From: Candidatus Hadarchaeales archaeon
GTDB lineage: Archaea; Hadarchaeota; Hadarchaeia; Hadarchaeales; Hadarchaeaceae
DNA: 64,000 nucleotides
Direction of reading: 5' to 3'
Assembly: GCA_038823825.1 (NCBI GenBank)
Contig: JAWBCC010000001.1
Coordinates: forward strand, 133,842-197,841
Position 1 is the stretch's first letter; each line of letters starts with the position of its first letter. The notes under the pieces are model-generated. The model made no database searches and was not told the DNA's origin. It saw only the letters and a program-made list of their open reading frames with translations. Position numbers and translations under genes: made by a program. Shown piece after piece: positions 56,755-64,000 of the stretch.

Positions 56755-58023
56755 CTATCCGCCCCGCCCTCTGGCAAGTTTTTCTATTAAACTAGCCACC
56801 CGCTGAGAAGACATCTCATCCAACTTATAGAAATACTTTCTTATAAATTTCCAGCGATTTTTCGCAAGGTCTTTGCTTTTCAGAAGCCGCTTGATTGAGT
56901 TGTCGAGTTCATATTCTTTTAGAACCTCAATGGCTACTCCCTCGTCCGCTAACAATTTGGGGTAATATCTGTTTAGGTAGGGTTTACCGGTTAAATTGAC
57001 GATTATTACGGGTTTTCCCATTGCAGCGGCCTCGCTCCCCACTACTGAGCCCTCAGTTATCAAGAGATCACAAGAAGCCAACAAATCGTAAAGATTCTCC
57101 TTTTTGCTCACGAATGTTTTGCTTGTATCCTCTCCTTGTAAAAAGCGCAGATATCTTTCGTTCGGTTCAGTTGGATGAGGTCTGATAAGCAAAAAGCAGT
57201 TCTTCATGTTTAGCACTATCTTGTTTAAAAGTCTCACTAGATGAGCTGTCTCCTCTTCCGTCCAATACTGAATATCAATAGGATTACAAGAAGCGTACAC
57301 AATGAGTTTAGCCCCAGCTGGTAAACCCAATTGCTTTTTTATTTTATCGGCCTTCGGTTTTAATCTAAAAATATCGTCCATCAGTGGATTTCCCGTGATT
57401 ACAATCTTTTCCGACGGTATGCCTCTACTTTCAAAAAAATTCTTTGAATATTCGCCCCAGACAGCAATTTTCATACACTCAGCACCATACCTATCATATC
57501 CGGGTTCAGGATTTCCGGACAATATGCTGGAAGTTCTTCTAACGAGAAGTTTTATGGAATGAGCAATATTTCCAGAGAACAAAACATTTTTGATGATATT
57601 TATGAAATAACTTGGTCCTAAGCTTCTATGCGGAGTGTCCACAACTATCCCTTCAGCTATGAGAAGCGTTGGTATTCCCAGTCTGTTAGCTCCTCTGACG
57701 AAATAGAGACAACCTGGGTCGATATCGTTTAAAACAACCACAACGTCGGGTTTCTCCTCTCGTAGGATAAACTCCGGATCCTTCTTTCGATAATCTTGAA
57801 CCCGTTTAAATCGAATTCCGTTTTCTTGAAGTGCTCGCTCTATCCCAGCTCTACCCTTTTCGCCGTATCCTTCCAAACTTATCGCAAGTACATCTCCTTT
57901 CAGCTTCTTCGCAACTTTGGAAAACATTCTAACGTGGTAGACATTTCCAGGAATGAAGAGAACTTTGTAGTTCATCTTCTTTTCCTCCTTCTGAATCTTT
58001 CGAGAATCGTTTCTACCTCCCAT
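56755..58023 (-). CDS. Putative GT-B-fold transferase of TagF/KpsS-like type (capsule/teichoic-type or nonulosonate transferase candidate); function uncertain
   Basis: 422 aa soluble protein with a two-Rossmann-like organisation and no DxD. Its 3' third is duplicated as a pseudogene upstream at 55077..55575. The probable start is MNYKVLF. Confidence 0.4.
   Translation of the reverse strand: MGGRNDSRKIQKEEKKMNYKVLFIPGNVYHVRMFSKVAKKLKGDVLAISLEGYGEKGRAGIERALQENGIRFKRVQDYRKKDPEFILREEKPDVVVVLNDIDPGCLYFVRGANRLGIPTLLIAEGIVVDTPHRSLGPSYFINIIKNVLFSGNIAHSIKLLVRRTSSILSGNPEPGYDRYGAECMKIAVWGEYSKNFFESRGIPSEKIVITGNPLMDDIFRLKPKADKIKKQLGLPAGAKLIVYASCNPIDIQYWTEEETAHLVRLLNKIVLNMKNCFLLIRPHPTEPNERYLRFLQGEDTSKTFVSKKENLYDLLASCDLLITEGSVVGSEAAAMGKPVIIVNLTGKPYLNRYYPKLLADEGVAIEVLKEYELDNSIKRLLKSKDLAKNRWKFIRKYFYKLDEMSSQRVASLIEKLARGRGG
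57221..57358. repeat. Direct repeat copy B (inside the intact GT-B-like gene) of the block also found at 55441..55575
   Basis: Near-identical 135-138 nt DNA block including a roughly 78 nt perfect match (gtctcactagatgagctgtctcctcttccgtccaatactgaatatcaataggattacaagaagcgtacacaatgagtt). Confidence 0.7.
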
Positions 58024-59171
58024 CTCAAAACCATCTCTTTCTCATAGTTTTTGACGACGAAATTTCTCGCTTTCTTGGCAATCCTTGTCACATCTTCATA
58101 ATTCTCCATTATCCATTGAATCTTTTTGGAAAGCTCGTTTTTTGAGTACGGATCAAAAGTGATAGCAAATTTCTTCAATTCTTCCGGAATGGCATACACG
58201 CTAGCTAGGACAGGGGTCCCGCTCGCCATCGCCTCGAGAATTGAAACAGAAAAGCCCTCCCAGAAAGATGGCAGAACAAAAAGATGAGATCTTCTGTACC
58301 ATTCAGCTAGCTCCTCATCACTCACATAACCCAGATATCTAACATCCCCCTCATTTTCTCCTACCGCTCCGATTATGTTGAGCTCAACTCCACGAAGTTT
58401 TCTGCAGACTTCTTTCAGAGCCCCAAGGTTTTTTCTGGGTTCATCCCTTCCGACGAAAAGAATCTTGAAAGCTCCGCCTGGTTTTTTTCCTTTTGGCCTG
58501 AAAAATTTGGTATCCACAAAATTGCGCCCCTTTACGTAATCCCTCACACCATGCCTTTCTAAAAATCTGTCGCATTCTCTTGTGGCCGATATGATTAGAT
58601 CAGATTTTTTGATAAAACAAATGTAAAGCTCTTTCAGAGGAAAAAACGTGAGCTTGGAGAATAGGGGCAGGTTTTTTGCTAAAGCATCTAGATCCCCTGC
58701 TTCATGACAAACGTAGAAGTTTTTCCTAGTTTTCCACATTCCGCCCCCATGGGCTATAACGATATCAAAATCATCAAGAATACCTTTTCTATTCAGATAA
58801 AACGAGGCCCAAATCGTGTTATATCCAACCGCCTTTTCCGGAAAAATTCTGTTCACGCAAACCTGTTCAAAATCGATGTTTTCGTTTTTTTCAAAAACCC
58901 CTAAAACAGGCTCTATTCGGGCGTAACTCTTAAATGTCTCCGCAAGTCCAAGCATCACTCTTTCCGCTCCTCCCAGCCATCCCCTCTGCCAAATGAATAC
59001 TTTCAAATCGCTTTTCATCCTCACAACCACTTGGAGACAGAAGTTTATTCTAGTTTTCCAAGGATTCCTTCCCTCCAACCACGGAATAACTCCTTGAAAA
59101 AGTTTCTCCCTTTGCTCACAGAAAGATAGAAGCACTCCAGAAATGCCACAAAAAACGCCGCGATCAGGCAA
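57972..59171 (-). CDS. Glycosyltransferase family 4
   Basis: GT4 motifs (..PSFWEGFSVSILEAMASGTPVLAS..). The real start is probably MKSDLKVF at about 59018, just downstream of the stop of the upstream gene. Confidence 0.8.
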   Translation of the reverse strand: MPDRGVFCGISGVLLSFCEQREKLFQGVIPWLEGRNPWKTRINFCLQVVVRMKSDLKVFIWQRGWLGGAERVMLGLAETFKSYARIEPVLGVFEKNENIDFEQVCVNRIFPEKAVGYNTIWASFYLNRKGILDDFDIVIAHGGGMWKTRKNFYVCHEAGDLDALAKNLPLFSKLTFFPLKELYICFIKKSDLIISATRECDRFLERHGVRDYVKGRNFVDTKFFRPKGKKPGGAFKILFVGRDEPRKNLGALKEVCRKLRGVELNIIGAVGENEGDVRYLGYVSDEELAEWYRRSHLFVLPSFWEGFSVSILEAMASGTPVLASVYAIPEELKKFAITFDPYSKNELSKKIQWIMENYEDVTRIAKKARNFVVKNYEKEMVLRWEVETILERFRRRKRR

Positions 59172-59926
59172 GCGCTACTTCCATTCTTGCGTATGAAATA
59201 GCTCTTGTGACTCCAATAATACCTAAGCCATCTTCTGTAATCCGGTTCCCTACATCCACCACTTTCCGGTGGCATGTGTTTGATCGAGTAAAATGGAACA
59301 TAGTAAAGTTTCTCCCCAAGCTTTCTAAGTCTAAAAGAGAAATCACAATCCTCAAGGTATGCGTTTCCCTCCCCTAGTTTTTCGTCAAATATCAATCCAG
59401 AACCCCTCCGCACGATGAAGCAAGCTCCTGGAAGATGCGATATTTCAACGATTTTCTCCAGCCTTTCCCCAAACCCGGCGAAAACCAAACCCAAGGGGAA
59501 AATCATCTTTCCCACAAAAATTCTATCCAGCAGATGGGATTTCACTCCCTCTATCCTAAAGCAGAAATTTTTCAGTTCGGAGTATCTTTCACATTCCTTC
59601 AGAAAGTTTTCGTCAATTCTTACGTCGTCGTCAAGGAAAATCAGGAACTCCCCCCTGGCTTTCTCTATCCCCCTGTTTCTCGCTCCCGGTAATCCCAACT
59701 TCCTATCGAAGATTATTTTGACAATATCTAGGATGCTCTTTTCTTCGTGGCTATTTATAACGTTAAGAGTATCCTCGTCCGGATTCTCAGTCACGATGAT
59801 TACCTCAACCCTTTCTCTGAGTTTCTCAAATTTCTGTTTCTCCAGATCCGTGAGGAGCCTGTCTAGCTCAACCGGTCTTCTATAGGTGGGGATGATCACG
59901 GAGAACGTCTTAACAGAGCCTTCCAA
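59045..59926 (-). CDS. Glycosyltransferase family 2
   Basis: FSVIIPTYRRPVELDRLL..; the DxD region (FLDDDV) is the GT2 signature. Confidence 0.8.
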   Translation of the reverse strand: MEGSVKTFSVIIPTYRRPVELDRLLTDLEKQKFEKLRERVEVIIVTENPDEDTLNVINSHEEKSILDIVKIIFDRKLGLPGARNRGIEKARGEFLIFLDDDVRIDENFLKECERYSELKNFCFRIEGVKSHLLDRIFVGKMIFPLGLVFAGFGERLEKIVEISHLPGACFIVRRGSGLIFDEKLGEGNAYLEDCDFSFRLRKLGEKLYYVPFYSIKHMPPESGGCREPDYRRWLRYYWSHKSYFIRKNGSSACLIAAFFVAFLECFYLSVSKGRNFFKELFRGWREGILGKLE

Positions 59927-60942
59927 AATCCCACCTCGTTCGCAAAATATTTCACGATTAAAAGAGAAAACACTCCAGGGAAAAACTTCGGTCCGCCAGC
60001 CACCGCAGCTTTAACTGATATTAAAAGAAGAGGGGAGATTCCGAGAATGAAAAGCAGGAGCCCAAGAATAGGCCAGAAAGCTGTGAGAACCGCCCAAGCC
60101 ACGACGGCGAAGGGTAAAAATAGCGCAACATACCTTTTCCACCGGAATCCCCATCCTATCTCTTTCCCAAGTCGGAACATCAGACCAGCACCATAACCGT
60201 ACGCAACTTGCTGCCTCCAGAACTTCCGCACGCTGCTCTTGTAAAAGTGCTCAAATCTCGCCCTCCTCGTTCCGTAGATTTTCCACCCAGATTTCATCAT
60301 CCTGAAATGAAATTCCGAATCCTCACCCCACTGAATTTTTTCGTCAAACAACCCCTCAGGCAGGGCTTCTCTTCTCCACACTCCACATTCGCAAGGGACC
60401 GAATGGGTTTCTACGATATCTTTTTCTTTGAGCGTTGGCGTTGTGACCAGACTGACCTGGGCCATGCCAGGTATAAAATAAACACATTTTGCCACGAAGT
60501 TCTGGCTTTCCGGAAAAACCTGCATGCCGGCCACACCCCCGGCTTCCGGATGCTCCATCAGAACCTTCAAGAGTTCCTCCACACAGTTCTTTTCGAGTCT
60601 AACATCAGAATTAAAAGTCAAAATGTATCTCCCCTTCGTCTCTCTTATCCCCAGATTCCTCCCCCTGCTTATGTTGCACCCGGGCTCAACCATGATTTTC
60701 AGTTTGGGGAGTTTTTCAGAATATTTTTTTGCGACCTCGACGGTTCCATCCGTGCTCCCCGCGTCCACGATCACAAATTCTATCTCTCTGACTGGATAAG
60801 TCTGCTCGAGAAAAGATTCGAAAAACTTCGCAAGCTGATCTGCATTGTTATAAACAGTCATCACCGCGCTTACTTCGTCAGGTCGCGGTAAACCTCCAGA
60901 ACCCTCCTTCCAATTTTCTCCCATCTGAAGTTCTCCACCCAT
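59896..60942 (-). CDS. Glycosyltransferase family 2 with C-terminal transmembrane helices
   Basis: ..VSAVMTVYNNADQL.. GT2 N-terminal motif, DAGSTDGT and a C-terminal hydrophobic tail (2-3 TM). Confidence 0.8.
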   Translation of the reverse strand: MGGELQMGENWKEGSGGLPRPDEVSAVMTVYNNADQLAKFFESFLEQTYPVREIEFVIVDAGSTDGTVEVAKKYSEKLPKLKIMVEPGCNISRGRNLGIRETKGRYILTFNSDVRLEKNCVEELLKVLMEHPEAGGVAGMQVFPESQNFVAKCVYFIPGMAQVSLVTTPTLKEKDIVETHSVPCECGVWRREALPEGLFDEKIQWGEDSEFHFRMMKSGWKIYGTRRARFEHFYKSSVRKFWRQQVAYGYGAGLMFRLGKEIGWGFRWKRYVALFLPFAVVAWAVLTAFWPILGLLLFILGISPLLLISVKAAVAGGPKFFPGVFSLLIVKYFANEVGFWKALLRRSP

Positions 60943-62009
60943 TTTTCTCCTTCCTCCACAAGTTTCTTTCTCAGATTATCATCCGTCAAAACCGCCAAAA
61001 TCTTTCCTGCCATATCCTTGATATCCCCCGGGCCGAAAAACAGACCTCCTTTCCCCCCCGAGGCTTCGAGTAGAGGTTCGATTTTCGTCGCAACGAATGG
61101 AACCCCTGCCGCCATCGCCTCGAGCAGCACGATTCCAAACCCCTCCACCGTGCTCGCTAAGCAAAAAACATGTGAAGATTTCAGAACTTCCATTACTTTT
61201 TCATGGCTTTTCAAAAATCCAAGAAAGTCTACATTTTTCTCGATTTCCAACGCAGCAGCGAGTTTCCTCAGTTTCTCTTCTTCAGGTCCAGTTCCAACAA
61301 TCTTACATTTGACATCCGGTAGCTCCTTTTTGACCTCCGCGACCGCTCTCAAGATATCATCCACATGCTTGTACTCCACTAACCTCGATATGCAGCAGAT
61401 TGTTGGGTTTATCTCTTTTTTTGCCTCCAGCTTGCGGATCTTCTCAACATCTACACCATTCGGTATTACTTCTATTTTCTCTTCACAAACACCGTGTTTG
61501 ACGAGCATTCTTTTGGTAAACTGGCTTACAGCAATGAACCGGTCCCACTTTCTGCTTAACATGAAACTTTCAAGAAGCTCTCCAGCTATGCCGATCACTC
61601 CAACGTTCTTAACCCATCTTCCCAACCACACATCATGATATGTCGCAACGGCTGGGATCTTCAACCTTCTAGAAATCAGCCAAGCGACAGGATATGCGAT
61701 AAAACAATATCCATCGACGATATCCAGTTCCCCCTCCGTTTTTATGCCATCGACGATGAAGCTTAGCCTTTCCACAATGCTCCCTTTCTGGGAATATCTT
61801 CTCTCTTTACCAAGCCTGATGACTCTGATTCCCAAAAATTCGCTTTCTTTCTGGTCTCCAATCTCTCTGGTCGTGAAAACCGTCACTTCCTCGCTCTTCG
61901 CGATTTCTCTTGCCACGTGAAAGGCCCTCGCCTCAGCTCCTCCTCTCACCTCAACCTCCGGGCTTTTGGGAAAGAACTCCGTGACGATTCCTATTCTCAT
62001 CCTAAACAC
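60870..62009 (-). CDS. Glycosyltransferase family 4
   Basis: ..STVEGFGIVLLEAMAAGVPFVAT.. is the GT4 C-terminal motif. Confidence 0.8.
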   Translation of the reverse strand: MFRMRIGIVTEFFPKSPEVEVRGGAEARAFHVAREIAKSEEVTVFTTREIGDQKESEFLGIRVIRLGKERRYSQKGSIVERLSFIVDGIKTEGELDIVDGYCFIAYPVAWLISRRLKIPAVATYHDVWLGRWVKNVGVIGIAGELLESFMLSRKWDRFIAVSQFTKRMLVKHGVCEEKIEVIPNGVDVEKIRKLEAKKEINPTICCISRLVEYKHVDDILRAVAEVKKELPDVKCKIVGTGPEEEKLRKLAAALEIEKNVDFLGFLKSHEKVMEVLKSSHVFCLASTVEGFGIVLLEAMAAGVPFVATKIEPLLEASGGKGGLFFGPGDIKDMAGKILAVLTDDNLRKKLVEEGEKWVENFRWEKIGRRVLEVYRDLTK

Positions 62010-62030
62010 CCGGCGTCTGTTCTGAAGCCC

Positions 62031-63038
62031 CTATTTCGCCCCAACGCACCCATAGGTTTTTTCATACCAGTTTATGAATTTTCGAAGCCCATCCCCTAAA
62101 GAGACCTTCGGTCTGAATCCAAGCGATTTAAGTTTGGAGATATCTGCAAGAGTCACCGGAACATCGCCGGGCCAAGATTTACCGGTATACCTAATTTTCG
62201 TCTTTCCAGCAAGCCCAGTAATCTTCAAGATTTCCTCCACGATCTCGCTCACCGAGAAATTTCTCCCGTATCCGACGTTGTAAGCCTCGCCCTTCAGTCT
62301 CCCCTTCTCGATTATAAGCATTGTCGCATCAACCGCATCGCTTATGTAAAGATAGTCCTTTGTCTGTTTTCCGTCTCCAAGAACCTCGAGTTCCCTCCAG
62401 TTTTTTCTCAGTTTTTCGAGCAGATCAAACATGACCCCACGCCGGGATCTCGGACCGTAAATATTGTAATATCTTAGGTTTGCTGTTTTGATGTCATAGA
62501 GCGCAGAGTAAGATGCGCAGAAAGCTTCTGCAGCCGCTTTTGAGGCCCCATAATTAGAGATCGGTAAAATAGGCTGGTTTTCATCAGTCGGCAGAACCTC
62601 TGTAACACCGTAGACCGTCGATGAGCTTGCAAAAATCACGACTCCAACATCAAGCTTCCTAGCACATTCGAGAACGTTCAGGGTCCCCCTGACATTAACC
62701 TCAAAATCCTCAAGCGGATTCTCAGCTGATTTAGGAACGCTTGATTGTGCGGCAAAGTGAAGCACGCCTTCGACTTCCTTCATGCTTCTTTGCAAGTCAG
62801 CGATTTTCCTGATATCTCCCTTTACAAGATGAAACTCTTTTTTCTTCACCAAATTTTCCAAGTTCTCCATGAAGCCACATGAGAAATTGTCGATCCCCAC
62901 AACCTTCACACCATCGGAGATGAATCTTTCGGCGAGATGGCTTCCCATGAACCCAGCCACGCCAGTTACAAGAACCCTGCTTATCTTTTTCAATTTCTCA
63001 CTACTGTCATATTCACGTGGAATATTAAGAGGTTTCAC
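62031..63038 (-). CDS. NAD-dependent nucleotide-sugar epimerase/dehydratase (extended SDR)
   Basis: ..VLVTGVAGFMGSHLAERF.. Rossmann motif, YGASKAAAE catalytic motif; 335 aa. Confidence 0.8.
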   Translation of the reverse strand: MKPLNIPREYDSSEKLKKISRVLVTGVAGFMGSHLAERFISDGVKVVGIDNFSCGFMENLENLVKKKEFHLVKGDIRKIADLQRSMKEVEGVLHFAAQSSVPKSAENPLEDFEVNVRGTLNVLECARKLDVGVVIFASSSTVYGVTEVLPTDENQPILPISNYGASKAAAEAFCASYSALYDIKTANLRYYNIYGPRSRRGVMFDLLEKLRKNWRELEVLGDGKQTKDYLYISDAVDATMLIIEKGRLKGEAYNVGYGRNFSVSEIVEEILKITGLAGKTKIRYTGKSWPGDVPVTLADISKLKSLGFRPKVSLGDGLRKFINWYEKTYGCVGAK

Positions 63039-63810
63039 ATCCCTCCGCTATTTTTTCCAAGTTTCTAACCCTCCCCAGCAGAGTCCCATCCAAGAGGTAA
63101 ACTTCAGCCTCTAGAACGTTCGCCGCCCCACTTTTGAACATCGGACCTATGAACTCCTCAGACATCTTTCTGTTCACAGGAGCTCCCCCAACCATTTCTC
63201 CAAAGGCAGGCATGACAATCAACTTTGGACATTTTTTCCCCACTCTGAGTTCTTTCGGTAATTTTGACCGTTCGAGCTCGACCTTTAGCCACACCGGCTC
63301 CACTATCCTTCCACCATATTTGTCTCTGATCTCAACCGCTGGATGTGTGTGACCCATCACCAGAACTTTACACCCCATAACATCGGGTGATGGCCATGCA
63401 TGCCCATGTAGCAGACCAACAGAATTCCCGAGCTTTATTCCTCTGACATCGTGCAGCACAACCCCTCTTGGGACCATTCCTTCTATGTCTCCATCATGAT
63501 TACCTGGAACGATTTCTACATTCGCATACTTCATGAGCTCCTCGAGTAGTGCTGGAAGCTCCCTCCATTCCTGCCAACTAGCAACCGGAATTCCATGCTT
63601 CACATCTCCCAAGAGAATAATCCTGTCAGGTTTGAATCTCTCAACAAGGCTCAAAAGCCTCTTTTTGACCTTCGGTGTCTGGCTTGGAAGAGAAATCCCG
63701 CTTTCGGCTAGCTCCCCCTCTACTCCAAGATGCAAATCTGCCACAACCAAGATTTTCTGCCCACCAGCTCTCACTATCAACGCTGGCTCTCCAGGAATCA
63801 ATTTTATCAA
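63025..63810 (-). CDS. Calcineurin-like metallophosphoesterase
   Basis: Metallophos motifs: ..ILVVADLHLG.. (DxH), ..GDVKHG.. (GDxxD-like), ..GNHD.., ..GHTH... Confidence 0.75.
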   Translation of the reverse strand: MIKLIPGEPALIVRAGGQKILVVADLHLGVEGELAESGISLPSQTPKVKKRLLSLVERFKPDRIILLGDVKHGIPVASWQEWRELPALLEELMKYANVEIVPGNHDGDIEGMVPRGVVLHDVRGIKLGNSVGLLHGHAWPSPDVMGCKVLVMGHTHPAVEIRDKYGGRIVEPVWLKVELERSKLPKELRVGKKCPKLIVMPAFGEMVGGAPVNRKMSEEFIGPMFKSGAANVLEAEVYLLDGTLLGRVRNLEKIAEGCETS

Positions 63811-64000
63811 TCGCTTTCCTCCTCGAGAATTTCTCTCAGCGGTCTCCCGACATCTGGATCAATTCTATAATACATCCTACTTTTTGGAAGTCTTTTGATT
63901 TCCTTTGTTTTCAGCGCTAGAACGGGGGTTCTTCGGAACCCAAAACAAACAATGGCTTCCGCTTCCATCTCCTTCGCTTTCTTCTCAAGCATACGGATCT
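63807..64000 (-). CDS. Unknown-function ORF, probably partial with its start beyond the window end; its 3' end overlaps the start of the metallophosphoesterase by 4 nt
   Basis: The open frame continues without a stop to position 64000 on the minus strand. I recognise no family from the 61+ aa available. Confidence 0.3.
   Translation of the reverse strand, partial: IRMLEKKAKEMEAEAIVCFGFRRTPVLALKTKEIKRLPKSRMYYRIDPDVGRPLREILEEESD

Overview
This 64 kb window appears to be archaeal: it starts inside a proteasome-activating nucleotidase gene, carries an intron-containing tRNA with a canonical bulge-helix-bulge splice motif, encodes an archaeal-type Thi4, and several 5' gene ends show TATA/BRE-like AT-rich tracts. 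GatCAB is present, which argues against Thermococcales. Composition is moderate GC (my estimate, not computed) with a few AT-richer patches. The window has five parts. (1) Positions 1-6089: the PAN 3' end, gatB and a MalEFG/MalK-type maltodextrin/trehalose ABC transporter. (2) Positions 6082-22016: four giant cell-surface glucan-active proteins of 1422, 683, 2020 and 1162 aa. They combine GH57 with a GDE-type debranching core, tandem Thermococcus-type glucodextranase-like surface domains, GH13 with PKD and FN3-like repeats, and FN3 repeats with an alkaline-phosphatase-superfamily phosphodiesterase, GH13 and a starch-binding module. (3) Positions 22101-28929: a cytoplasmic glycogen operon glgA, bacterial-type GH13 glgB, a GH57 enzyme and malQ. 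(4) Positions 28926-35075: housekeeping genes gatA, gatC, a small 7-Cys zinc-ribbon ORF translationally coupled to an AmmeMemoRadiSam-type radical SAM enzyme, PGM/PMM, tRNA-Arg(TCT) with a 21 nt intron, thi4 and purU. (5) Positions 35163-63038: a roughly 28 kb glycosylation island. It holds a Wzx-like flippase, an apparently complete pseudaminic-acid pathway (PseB, C, H, G, I and a cytidylyltransferase), a second NeuB-like synthase with a KdsC-like phosphatase and a NeuA-like cytidylyltransferase next to transketolase, ALDH and SDR genes, extra modifying enzymes, seven glycosyltransferases and a decayed duplicate gene fragment. I found no CRISPR array, transposase, integrase or rRNA. The most unusual items are the zinc-ribbon/radical-SAM pair, the dual nonulosonic-acid pathways in an archaeon, the AP-superfamily domain fused to an amylase, and an in-frame fusion of two surface-protein-like halves inside the 2020 aa ORF.
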